Made by a program: the position numbers and the translations under genes | Part shown: piece after piece, positions 33,386 through 44,458 of the stretch | How positions within the stretch are numbered: position 1 is the first letter of the stretch | Layout of the letters: every line of letters starts with the position of its first letter | Notes under the pieces: model-generated | Seen by the model: the letters and a program-made list of their open reading frames with translations, nothing else | Databases searched by the model: none | Told to the model about the DNA's origin: nothing | Origin: Macrostomum hystrix | Lineage: Eukaryota; Animalia; Platyhelminthes | DNA: 64,000 nt | Direction: 5' to 3' | Assembly: GCA_950097015.1 (NCBI GenBank) | Contig: CATNEN010000002.1 | Span: 2,356,001 to 2,420,000 of the forward strand

Positions 33386-34491
33386 TCACGCCTCAGGTGT
33401 CCGAACTTCCCGCAACCAAAGCATGCCCCTCTTGGCGGCGCCGGTCCTTCCTGCTGCACGGCTCCTTGTGGTCGGCTGAGCGCCTGGACCAGCATCTCCT
33501 GCATCTTCTGCTGATGCTGCAGCTGCTGACCCTGGACCTCGACCATCTTGGTCATCAGCGATTCGAGTCCCTTCAGCGCAGCGGTAACACCTTGCGATGG
33601 CGGCCGCGCATTCAGGTCCTCATCCTCGCCGTGCACCATCCGAGCCGGCCCATCCTTCGCCCTCTGGACTGCCTCGTCGACCACCTCTAGGCGCTTCAAC
33701 TCTCGCCTAGCTTCCAGGAGTGTTCTAGGGCGAGTCCGCAGCAGGTGCTTGCGGTTCTCAACCGAAGTCCGAACTCCCTTAATAAACTGGTCGACCAACT
33801 CATAGTCCAGGTCTCTCTGGCGAAGGTTGGTGTAGGCCTGCTCACCGAGTCCCTGCAACGCATCAGCATAGTCATCAAGCGTTTCCGCTTTCTTCTGATA
33901 GCGATTGCGGAACTCGTCTCGGTACTCCTCAGGGCTACTCAGCGGCGCGAATCGCTCCACAATACGCTCCTTGAACTGGGCATACGTGAGCTCTTCGGGC
34001 AGCTTCATCCTGAGGACGGCATTCAGGCACTGTACATCGAGGTGGTCGAGTAGAAGGGCCTTGCGTGTCTCCGAGCTGCGAATCGCAGCCCGGGCGCAAT
34101 ACGCTTCAAACGCGTCCACCCACAGATGCACGTCCTGACCCCGAGAAAACTTGGCAATCTTCGCCGTCCTACCTTGTTGTTGTTCCACCTGCTTCTCCAT
34201 CAGGTTGAGCATCCGGTACACCAGGTCAGCCGTCGCCCTGTCGTCCAGCCTCGGTCGTCGTCGCCTTGCTGCCGCTGCCGCTGCGTCCCGGTCGTCGTCC
34301 TCGCCGCCAGACTGGTCGTCGTCGCCGAAGTCGCTCTCGCCGTCCTCGCCGTCGCCGACACAGCCGTTGCCGCGGCCGTTCCACCGACTCCTGCCAGCAG
34401 CTTCCTGCAGCGCACAGCCACCGCGAGACTCCAAGCTCCGGGCTACCTGCTGCCTCTCCTCCCTCTCTGAATCTAATTCCTCTTGGGACAT
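33202..34491 (-). CDS. gag: Gypsy Gag, 429 aa
   Basis: Capsid-like ...EFRNRYQKKAETLDDYADAL..., and a CCHC knuckle CFGCGKFGHLRRDC. Confidence 0.93.
   Translation of the reverse strand: MSQEELDSEREERQQVARSLESRGGCALQEAAGRSRWNGRGNGCVGDGEDGESDFGDDDQSGGEDDDRDAAAAAARRRRPRLDDRATADLVYRMLNLMEKQVEQQQGRTAKIAKFSRGQDVHLWVDAFEAYCARAAIRSSETRKALLLDHLDVQCLNAVLRMKLPEELTYAQFKERIVERFAPLSSPEEYRDEFRNRYQKKAETLDDYADALQGLGEQAYTNLRQRDLDYELVDQFIKGVRTSVENRKHLLRTRPRTLLEARRELKRLEVVDEAVQRAKDGPARMVHGEDEDLNARPPSQGVTAALKGLESLMTKMVEVQGQQLQHQQKMQEMLVQALSRPQGAVQQEGPAPPRGACFGCGKFGHLRRDCPTRPPKPRYEHHTRGYPREQRQEPRQQSELQAQGTQTSGNGTARSTDGSAPRSPVPGRA
33226..33268 (-). promoter_or_regulatory. -1 ribosomal frameshift signal (slippery heptamer + stem-loop)
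   Basis: G_GGA_AAC in gag frame (33262-33268), a 6-nt spacer, then hairpin GCGAGG-A-GCAC / GTGC-C-CCTCGC (33226-33255), inside the gag/pol overlap. Confidence 0.75.
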
Positions 34492-34528
34492 GGCGTCTGT
34501 TTCCGCAGTGAATGAGTAAAAGGCTAAC

Positions 34529-34552
34529 TCGAATCACACCGCTTTGCCACCA
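34529..34552 (-). other. Primer binding site, tRNA-Leu-like
   Basis: Minus strand TGGTGGCAAAGCGGTGTGATTCGA one nt from the 5' LTR. The complement resembles the tRNA-Leu 3' end (..TCGAATCCCACCGCTGCCACCA). Confidence 0.7.
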
Positions 34553-34553
34553 A

Positions 34554-35220
34554 TGTTGTACCTGTGGTAGCGTGGCACACACAATTGGTAAAAATAACCA
34601 AGACAGGAACTAGATTCCGAGAGAGAGAGTATCCGGCCTCACACTCAGATGCTTCCTAGCAGAGGAACAATCCGGTAGTCAGGCTTAGACAGCTAAGTTC
34701 TCTCGGGACTTCTTCTACCTAGTCCACGTTCTAGCCAAACTCACAGATCTTATGCTAGATCGGGTGACACACCAAGCTTCTAAATGCAGTGTGTGACCTA
34801 GACCAACAAGAATCGTCTAAGATCTTTAGAGAGCCAAAAGAATGGACACAGAAAGTAATCACAAACTGTTCCGAGCGGCATGAAGACTGGAGACAAGAAA
34901 CGTGCATATTCGTACAGAAGTCGTGCTACCATGATAACAACACCATCTCAAGGATTCGTCGGACTGTGCTCTACTTATAGTAGGAGCATTTGAGCGTTGT
35001 TATGCCAGTCTTCTTCCGAACTTAAGCGATTGCACCATGGTGTGCAATGTGACTCAGTGCGCAGACAGAGCTGGAACGAGAGAACGCGAGAGGAGGGGGG
35101 TGGCGAGCGGAAGTGACAGTGCACGGGAAACACTAACTACCAACCCTAGCCCTCCCACAGACCTAGAACAGCCTGACTCACAGATTGCCTGGAGGCTGCT
35201 CAGCAGTCTACAGCACATCA
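34554..35220 (-). repeat. 5' LTR (667 bp)
   Basis: Direct repeat of 26074-26740. Confidence 0.97.
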
Positions 35221-35835
35221 TACCTTAATGGTCCTTCGCATCTATCGGATCGCACTTTTGTAACATACACTTAGCAGTTTTATCGGGTTCAACTTTGTTT
35301 AAATTCTAAACGAATTATTTAAATTCACTATTATTAAATTCAAGGATCTTAGACATTGGAGTTAAAAATTAGACATTGTGTGCATATGTACACTTCCTGT
35401 GTGAGTTTGTCTTCTCCTTGCATTAGTGAAATTATTGAAACTATCGATTTTTGCAAATCATTTCAATTTTCAATCTTTCAATTTTGCGAGGGTGTCCCGA
35501 AAGTTTCCAGGATGTTTTTTGTGTCGAACCAAATAAAGTTTTTCAGCAGAAAAAAATTGTCAGGATATGAGACATGAGAAATGAGACAGGGTACTGTAGG
35601 TGTTGGAAGGGACAACGGGCCGGATTTGGGAGCTTCGAGGGCCGTCTATAATGTCAATAGCCCCGAGCGCCAGAGTTTGCCAACCCCTACTCGATAGTAC
35701 TCAAAGAAGTAATCTACACGTTCTATATTAACTTAAACGCGTGAATTTTCAGACGCAATATTGGTTGAAAAAGTTCTGTTTTGTTTTATTTCGTCTTTCA
35801 ACTTTGATTTAGCCTCGAGCGAAGAAACTTAAAGC

Positions 35836-36862
35836 ATGCAAACTGCGGCTACCAACAGCAGCTCTCAGATCTACGAAGAATATATCAGACCTGCGGAAAC
35901 CATCATCGACGCCGTCTTCCGGCTGGCCGGCATCTCGGTCGGCTCGGCCGGCAACCTGCTGACGGTGCTGTCGGTCGCGGGCTTCCGTCAGATACGCTCC
36001 GCCACCAACCTGCTCGTGGCGAACGTGGCCGCGGCGGACCTACTGGTGTGCGACTTCTTCATGCCGACCATCCTGGCGAGCCGTCTGGCAGGGAGGAACG
36101 TCTTCCCACAGCTGGTCTGCGAGCTCAACGGCTTCGCTCTCATGACAGTCACCGGTGTCTCCAACTTCAGCTTCACGCTCATCGCCCTGGCCAGAAATGT
36201 GGCGCTCGACCTACCGCTCGACCTATCGGACTTGTTACAGTCTAGTCCGCATTTTCGCCTACTGCATCGCCTGCTGGGTCTTCTGGCTCGCGTGCTGCGG
36301 CCTGGTGTGGTGGCAGCGAGGCTTCGGCTACGTCAGCGTGGCCTACCTCTGCTTCTACTCGGACGACGAGTCGCCTTTCGGTCTGAGCTTCATGCTCACC
36401 CTGCTGGCCGTGGCCATCCCATCGATGGTGGCAGCCGTCTGCTACATCAACCAATTCGTCAGGCTCTTCCTCATCCGCAGGGCCGCTGATGCCTCCAGGC
36501 AGACCGACAGAACTACCGTCGACAAGGAGTGGAAGGCGTTGGCACACGTCATCACGGCCTTTATGGTGTTCAACGCTTGCTGGCTGTCGTACAGCATCCA
36601 CGTGTACTACGATGTGCTGGTCACCAGGGTCAGCCGGTTTCCCCACAAGGTGCTCACGTGGCTGGCCGTGTTCAACTCGGTGCTGAACCCGCTCATCTAC
36701 GGCCTGCTGAATCCGAATTTTCGGGGCTGCTTTCTGCACGTCCTTCGCTGCCAGCTGTGCGGCCTGCGCGCCCTGCCGACTGTGGAGCCCGCCGGGAACA
36801 TCAGGGCTCAGATGCAGTCGGCCACCTCGTCGGATCATCCGAATATCGAAGAGCCACTTTGA
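35836..36862 (+). pseudogene. Intronless rhodopsin-class GPCR, melatonin-receptor-like, with a frameshift after TM3 (pseudogene or sequence error)
   Basis: Frame 1: GNLLTVLSV...TNLLVANVAAADLLV...C(TM3)...IALAR. Frame 2 continues TM4-TM7 ending NSVLNPLIYGLLNPNFR. The shift is at about 36203-36225 in a short duplication (CGCTCGACCTA twice). Confidence 0.75.
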
Positions 36863-37480
36863 ATAGTGCAAACCCTTCTCATTAGTTACACCCGAAATAG
36901 AGATTCGAACTTTGGCTGTCTGGTTTCTTAAAATATTCGACGAAAAACTGTTTATTTACGAGTATATGGGTTATCGTGCATGCTGAACAATGAAGGGCGT
37001 CGAATCTACAGAAATTAAGGCTCATGCTTCATTCTCTACAGTACCAATGATCCATGGAATGGCAGTCTATGGTCAAAAGACACTAAACAAGAAGCCTGAG
37101 AACTCGAAACGAAACCATTGAGCATTGCAGACTTGACTAAAAGGCTGTCTGGCTGGCTGAGGGAGTGAGAAGGGGGTAGGCACGAGAGTAGATATTTGGG
37201 GTGGCCTGGCTTTAAAGTCCTCCCAGCCAATGAGCATGAAGCGGTGCCATCGGAGTCGAATTTCAGGTACGCTTTAGAACCAGTCTGACAATCCAGTTGT
37301 AATATATGTCATCATTAAGCCTTCCTTTTTTTTAAAACTTAGAGCTCTAGTGTCTATAGTAAATCGGGGGCTGCACATTTCGCTTCCAATATACTTGCGC
37401 AATCCTTGTCTGTTATTTTAGTGTCTATGAGACACGAAAGGCAGAAAGATCTCGAACGCGTAAATATTCAAAAATATTTT

Positions 37481-37511
37481 GCCGCGGAATCGAGCTCAGG
37501 GACCTTGGTGC
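37481..37511 (-). mobile_element. SINE family 1 head fragment
   Basis: GCCGCGGAATCGAGCTCAGGGACCTTGGTGC matches the B-box region of the 42380 copy. Confidence 0.6.
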
Positions 37512-38560
37512 TCGTGTTTCTAATGAGCCGAGACATATTTAGATCTATGGATATCGCAGCAGAACTGGCTGCCACCATGCAGCACTGGTCCCTCAGAGCT
37601 TCATCAGTGACCGTCTGCACCAGGAACTTCACCAAGTTTGAGAGACCACAAATCGCAGCTGATTGCGCAGCCTCAGCGCAGAAATTATCTCTTATAGATT
37701 TGTCTTCAATATTCTGCACGAGAAAATTCACCAAACGAAATTGACCGCATCTAGCTGCTAATTCATGCATTCATGCAGCTGCGAGCTCTGAGATCTGGAT
37801 CAGCAACCGTCCGATTAGAAACTTCACCACCTCTAAGTTACAATCAGGGGGGCAAGTGGGTCAGCGGCTAACGTCGCTGCCTCGCACTCCAAAGGACGCT
37901 AGTTCGATTCACCCTTCAAGTCACGATTAATTTCGGGACTTGTTGGGGGGTTTGGACAGTAGCGACCGGCGGAGGTGCACCATATTTCGTGCAATCAAAG
38001 CTTGAAATAATAGCTTCGCTCCTACCCTTCTGTGTGCCTGTTCTGCGTTGTGTGAGTTGTGTGCGTTGGCGCTGGGGCGTGAGACCTTGCGGGGGGTGGC
38101 TGGAGGGCGGGTGTTTTCTGCCGCGCGCTTTCTGGACTTCCGTCAGCGCGATTGGATAAGTGTACACTCATCACCCGGCCCCCCCTGAGGACTGTTTTCT
38201 TATCAGCCTTCTTATCAGGCTTGGTCTGCTATGTGCGTGTGGGGCTGGGGTGGGGGACACTGCTGCCTATTCTGGGTGCCTCCTGCCCTCCCCGGCTGGT
38301 CTGTGCTGCTGTGTGTGGTGCCTGCTCAGGGGAGGCGGCGCGATGGGCGCAAAAGCACCTAGTTCGCCGGTCTGGGGGCGTGCCGCTCCGTCGCTTGTGC
38401 GACAAGTGCCCCGGCCCCCCTGCAAATAGATAGATAGATAGAGAAGTTACAATCAGTAGAAGTAAAAGCACGGTTTGATGCCATCTCGCAGTGCTGGTCT
38501 CTGACGCTTTGGTCAGGAACTGTTTGCCCAAGAAGTTTTATCACTTCTGAATGACCTGAC
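37512..38560 (-). pseudogene. Decayed ankyrin-like repeat gene, disrupted by frameshifts and SINE insertion
   Basis: 33-aa periodic blocks (e.g. AAICGLSNLVKFLVQTVTDEALRDQCCMVAASS; EVIKLLGQTVPDQSVRDQHCEMA; EVVKFLIG/TVADPDLRARSC). Frame changes near 37770-37810, and a SINE splits one repeat. Confidence 0.55.
37848..38443 (+). mobile_element. tRNA-derived SINE family 2, full-length with 13-bp TSD
   Basis: TSD AAGTTACAATCAG at 37835-37847 and 38444-38456; A-box TGGGTCAGCGG; B-box GTTCGATTC (37902-37910); (AGAT)n tail. Confidence 0.85.
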
Positions 38561-38584
38561 ATTTATATTGCTGCCTTTATACAG

Positions 38585-38775
38585 CACTGCCGACCTCCAA
38601 GGCACAGTGAAAGTGTACACTGCCTGACTATGAGAAAGTCAGGGGAGATGTACACACCTGAGTGAGTGTGTGCCTGAGTGCAGTATCTGTTGTGTGTGTG
38701 CTCAGGAGTCAGCGAAATGGGCAGAATTGCCTCCTCGCTGGGTGTGGGTCTAGTGCCGTCAAGTGATGCGCAATT
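38585..38775 (+). mobile_element. SINE family 1, 5'-truncated copy
   Basis: Body and tail match the other copies; head absent. Confidence 0.75.
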
Positions 38776-39169
38776 GCTCGCACTCACACTGGGCTCCGTT
38801 TAGCTCCCGGGCTGAGACATTTGAATGCACTTGTCACATCAGTCTACTGACAGTAGGAAAGTTAGCACTGATCTCCTCGGATTATCAAATTCGAGATTTC
38901 CACATGAATTGTTGATTGTAGCAAGACGACTTTGCGACTGCGATCTACAACTAGGCGCCAACTTAGGAACAGAGCCGATGTGTATTAGTGTATTGCTAAT
39001 GAGAATCCATGATTTAGATTTCGACGCACCAAATTGAAAATGCTACATGCACAGTTTCAGTTCAAGCAATATGCCGATAGCAAGCTTTGAAAGTGATTTG
39101 GATGTCTATGTTTTGAAGACTGCGTGAAGTTTTTAAAAATAATAATTTACAATGGTCACCTCATTTCAT

Positions 39170-39570
39170 TTATGCCCAAAGCACCCACCTCACTCCATAA
39201 ATGCCCAAAGCACCCACCTCACTCCATAAATGCTTGAACAGCCACCTCACTCCATAATTGCCCAAAGCACCGACCTCACTCCATAAATGCCCAAAGCACC
39301 CACCTCGCCCAATAAATGCCCAAAGCACCCACCTCACTCCATAAATTCCCAAAGCATCCACCTCACCCAATAAATGCCCAAAGCACCCACCTCGCCCAAT
39401 AAATGCCCAAAGCACCCACCTCACCCAATAAATGCCCAAAGCACCCACCTCACCCAATAAATGCCCAAATGCACCCACCTCGCTCCATAAATGCCCAAAG
39501 CATCCACCTCACTCCATAAATGCCCAAAGCACCCACCTCACTCCATAAATGCCCAAAGCACCCACCTAAA
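39170..39570. repeat. 29-bp minisatellite (AAATGCCCAAAGCACCCACCTCACTCCAT)
   Basis: Tandem repetition. Confidence 0.93.
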
Positions 39571-40427
39571 TCCTAAAAACACACAGCAGAAGCCCCACTG
39601 GTATATAGCACTTTTACTCATGCTCTAACTATCGTTATCTAGATTCTGAGTACGTTAAAAATTGCAATATAAAAATTAACAAACACCTTTTGTCATGTAC
39701 GAAGACATGAGTGTCATGATGTCATAGTTTTAGAAAACAGAATAATTAAACTCATGAATTTTAACTCAACATTAAACTTCAAAGAGCCAGCACTTGCCGT
39801 TTTGAGCCTATGAAAAGATAATAAAACAAATTTCACTGCTAGTTTCTAAGAACTGTCAGATATTCGCCACTTTGTGTTTCTCAAGTGAAGAACATTTTTA
39901 GAAAAACGTAATCGCATTTTTAATTAAGACCTTTCATCAGCCGACAAAAGTGTCCGTTGCGTGCTGTTTGAGGAAGCAGTTGCGAAGCTGGGATCAATTA
40001 TTCTGCTAATTCTGCAGAACATCGCTGATTGGCTGTGCTGGCTGAATCGCAACAGAATAAATGGCTGCTCACGAGTGCTACCGAGACGAGACCTCACGGT
40101 ACATGGGCAACTGTCTGTAAGGCATTTCATTTTTCACCATCGGAGAAGATTTGAGCTGGTCCGAAGCTTTCCGACAAGGAGCAAAATCCCAGGTGAGGCC
40201 TTGTGCTCGATCGATATTCGTTTTCTAGCTGTGTGGTTTCGGAGTTGGCAGTCTCGCATTCGTATCGCGGGAGGCAAATTTTAGTTTTTTGCGTCTTAAA
40301 TTATTGATGAATCCGAGGCCTGCGTGGCTCGGGTTAATCTTTCGCGATCTGATATCAAAGAACGTTGCTTGATCGTGTGCGCCGTTGTTTCCATTCTGTA
40401 GTCTTTTTTAGTTTACTTATTTTGCAA

Positions 40428-40742
40428 GAGGGCTGCGGGCAATGGCACATCATTCGGTGACACTAGACCCGCAGCCAGCGAGAGGAGGCAATTCTGCCCA
40501 TTTCGCTGACTCCTGAGCACACACACACACACAAATACCGTACGCAGGCACACCCTCACACAGGTGTGTACATCTGCCCTGACTTTCTGATCGTCAGGCA
40601 GTGTACACTCTCACCGTGCCTTGGAGGTTGGCCCTCGAAGGCGTAAATTGCACGACAAGCCACCAAGCCCTTTGTCCGTGGCTGCGCTCTAAACTTATGA
40701 GCTCAGGGACCTTGGTACGAGAGTAAACACGTTGGACCGCTT
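40428..40742 (-). mobile_element. SINE family 1 copy
   Basis: The reverse complement aligns to the 23098 copy. Confidence 0.8.
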
Positions 40743-41475
40743 CGCCGTTCACTGTTTTCATCCTTTACCGTTCAGTATTTACTTTCAAGGGCCTTTAACA
40801 AGTTTGTTACATTTTAAAAATAGTATTTTTACATGCTAGATTCCTTGATTCTCAGAATCACTAGGAAGCCAATCGTGTGAACCTGTAATATTTTGCACCT
40901 GTCCATCCGTTCTCGTCTCCTCCCCTCGCCGTCCAAACCCGGCACCACCAAATCAGCAAGAGTTTGATCGGCATGTGTTGAATAAGTCGGCAGACGTGAT
41001 GCGATTCTGTAGCCAAGCAGTCTAACAATGCTCAGAGTAGCGAATGTGTAGGCAAAGCTGGGATAATGATTGCCAACTCAGGCGCGTGAGAACTGTGGGG
41101 GTGGATAGTACCTAGGTTAAGAGATTTTTAATTTGCTACCAAAGGGCCTCATTGACACAACTGAAAGCAGCGGAATAACTTGGCAAAGTCTTCAGAAAGG
41201 AGTTGATTGCAATCAGCAGTGAGGGCGGTAGATTTCAACGTCAGGCATCAAAATTTCTCTCGATTTTCGCTACAAAATTGACTGATTAAAGCACCTTTTG
41301 ATGATACCGGCTCTTCGAAGACTTATTTGTAGCCATTTCAGTGCCTGCCTGTTTGCATTCTTTGATGTGTAATTTCCTATTCCGGCTTGCAGAATTAGCT
41401 GAATTAATTCTCTCCTGAAAGAAATTAAGATTCATGTTGTCACCATCATGTGCATCATTGTGGACAAATCACTAT

Positions 41476-41640
41476 ATGAGTCACTCTCCTGATGAGTCAC
41501 TCTCCTGATGAGTCAGTCTCCTAATGAGTCACTCTCCCGATGAGTCACTCTCCTGATGAGTCACTCTCCTGATGAGTCACTCTCCTGATGAGTCACTCTC
41601 CTGATGAGTCTGTCTCCTGATGAGTCAGTCTCCTAATGAG
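41476..41640. repeat. 16-bp tandem array (ATGAGTCACTCTCCTG), 10 units, 9 with TGAGTCA
   Basis: Units counted directly; ends about 145 nt upstream of the neuropeptide ATG. Confidence 0.92.
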
Positions 41641-41785
41641 TATTGCCACATTGATTCAGGCCTCTGTCGCAAATCATTTTGCTGGTTTTCAGATATAATT
41701 CTCTGAAGGTGCCCTCCTGAAGCGCGGCGGTGAAAAAGTTAACAAAAGCGCGGCATCCACTGAAGGGAAAAAGTTTTTTTCCAAA

Positions 41786-44394
41786 ATGAGAACTGCAGCA
41801 ACTGCAGTTCCACTGTGTCTCCTTCTGGCTTGCCTTCTGCCTGCCTGCAGCACTGCCATGCCAAGCAGCGATGTGCGAGACACGTACTGGGTGAGACTCA
41901 ACACCTGCCTCTCACCTCTGACTCTACCTTACAGTCTCACTTCACCTCTCCCAGTCTCACTCTACCGCTCCCAGTCTCACTCTACCTCTCCCAGTCTCAC
42001 TCTACCTCTCCCAGTCTCACTCTACCGCTCCAAGTCTCACTCTACCTTCCCCAGTCTCATTATTTCTCTCCCAGTCTCACTTCACCTCAAACGAACAGTA
42101 GTTTCAGCAAGCTTACATAGATAATGTCTGAGTGGCTTTTTGTGACAATCGGCATGTGTGTTATGAGTGACTGCTTTGTGATATTTCATAATATTTCATG
42201 TCGATTTTATGGTAATTTAATTAACAAAAATTAAAGTGCATTTTTTTGCGAAACAGGTTTTCATGTGTCCTGTCAGGCTGAAAAGTATTGTCTTTGAAAA
42301 TTGTATTTATAAATGTGTCCCAATCTGGTATCCGGTGACAGGTTCTTAAAAGCAGAAAGGCTTAAAATGCATAATCCTTGCAGGAGAGCTGTGGGAACTG
42401 GTACATCATTTAGTGACAATTCTGCCAATTTCACTTACTCTTTAGCACACAATTACACAGGTACCGTACATCTGGCTTGACTTTCGCATCGTCAGGCAGT
42501 GCTAGCTATCACTGTGCCTTGGAGGTTGGCCCTCAACGGCATAAATTGCGCCTCCTCCAAGCCTTCTCTCCGCGGCTGCGCCCCAAATGAAAGTGGGCTC
42601 GCCGCGGAATCGAGCTCAGGGACCTTGGTGCGACAGGAAACCCGTTAGACCGCTCTGCCACTCACCCACTTTTTGAAAAGTTTTGGTTCAAACTTTGCAA
42701 TTCACTTCTTTTTGCCACATCTCGTCCCCGCCAGCGATGCAGTATCTATGTGAATCTTTCAGTAATTGCTTCAGGAACTTCAAGACAGTGCTCCGCCTCC
42801 ATTTTTTCAACTAATCTTCTAAATTTAGAGAGCAAAAAAATGCCTCGGGTAAATTGAAGAATTCTAAGAAAATATAAATTTTCCCAGCATTTTCTTCGCC
42901 GACGTAGCAAACTTTCCTGGGGTGAGATAAAAATAACTGAATTAATGGGCTGCTTTGGGCCTCCTCAAAGTGTGTGTGTGTGTGTGGGTGTGTGTGTGTG
43001 TGTGTGTGCCTGTGCTTCTGTATCTATGCGATTCTGCAAATGACGTCTGAGAAGCCATCGCCCTAACCAACGCCGAAGAAAACGATTGTGGAGCGCGGGT
43101 AAGCCCAAGTGTTGGGAGAAATTTCCCATTTTTTCCCTGTTACCCTTTCGGCTACCTTCGTTAGGCGACAACCCCTTCCTCCGCTCTTCATCATATCGGC
43201 TGAAAAATAGACGATTTCGGGAAGACTGGAATGGAGAGACGTGAAAACTGGGAAGAGTGAGGCGGGGAATGTTTCCCAAGGCCTGAGTATACTCGTTGGA
43301 GGGATCTTAGCTTTTGGGATCTGGGAGCGGTGGGTGCTGCTGCAGCACCTGAGTGAGCCACTGGGAGGAAAAGGCAAAGCCTGCTTCCATACCTGCGCGA
43401 GCTTTCTTAGCTCCGATATTTTAACGACCGTAGCAGATAGCAGAAATTTGCCTGTTTGAGCAAGCCATGGACAGAACATCTCTTTGCTTTGCGTCATTGA
43501 TTTTTTCTTGACAATCATTTTGCATTTTTAAAGGCAATATTTTAAAATATAATATTTAATAAGTGATGTGCCATTGCCCGCAGCCGTCCTGCAGTTATTA
43601 TTATTATTATTATTATTGTAGTCATTTTTATTAGGGAGGAAGGATGCGGGCAATGGTACATCATTTGGTGACAATAGACCTGCGGCCAGCGAGGAGGCAA
43701 TTCTGCCCATTCCGCTGACTCCTGAGCACACGCTGAGTAAATCTGTCCTGACTTTCTCATCGTCTGTCCGAGTACACTCTTGTAACTTGCATAGCGTACC
43801 AAAGCTCTCTCTGCGGCTGCGCCCCAAATGAATGTGGCTTTCACTGCGGACCTTGGGTGAACGCGAAAGATTCTTAAACACGAGGTGGCAAACATAGAAT
43901 TGTTTGACTTGAACTTTGGATGGCAAACGCTGGAAGCCTTTATTTATTCGGTTGGTGAGCCTGACATGGTGATTGCTTACTTTAGCCTCCTAATGTGCTT
44001 GTTAAGGAATTTAGTGTATCGTTGTTAGCTCAACCCCTGCTAGTAAAGTTTGAAGCTATCTGCTTCCTTTGAGCACTTCAAAATCATTGGTGGCTGGCTG
44101 AAATTATGGCAGCGGCGCTGTTCTGAAAGGAATGAAAAGCGAATGTCGGAAACTGAGATTTTGAAAATTTTATTGGAGTAGAGTGGATGAGAAGTAGAGT
44201 GGATGAGAAGTAGAGTGGATAAGAAGTAGAGTGGATGAAAAGTAGAGTGGGTGAGAAGCTTGCTTTTTAAGCTCTCGGCGATTTTCTCTTCCATTCTGTA
44301 GAGAACCGTGCGGAAATTCGCCGAACTGGAAAACAAACCAAGCGACTGGAGTGTGGAATCTGATTCTGATCTCGCCCGGCAGCCTCTTAAACTG

Positions 44395-44458
<64 letters not shown>

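Larger units (their letters stand above)
26074..35220 (-). mobile_element. Full-length Ty3/Gypsy LTR retrotransposon, 9147 bp
   Basis: Two 667-bp LTRs with TG...CA termini, 4-bp TSD TACC (26070-26073 and 35221-35224), PBS, PPT, gag, and pol in PR-RT-RH-IN order. Confidence 0.97.

Noticed and set aside
28247-34582. Many + strand and alternate-frame ORFs over gag and pol
   Set aside because: Shadow ORFs of GC-rich coding sequence.
41476-41640. CTGATGAG units as hammerhead cores
   Set aside because: No GAAA partner or stem III and no cleavage triplet geometry.
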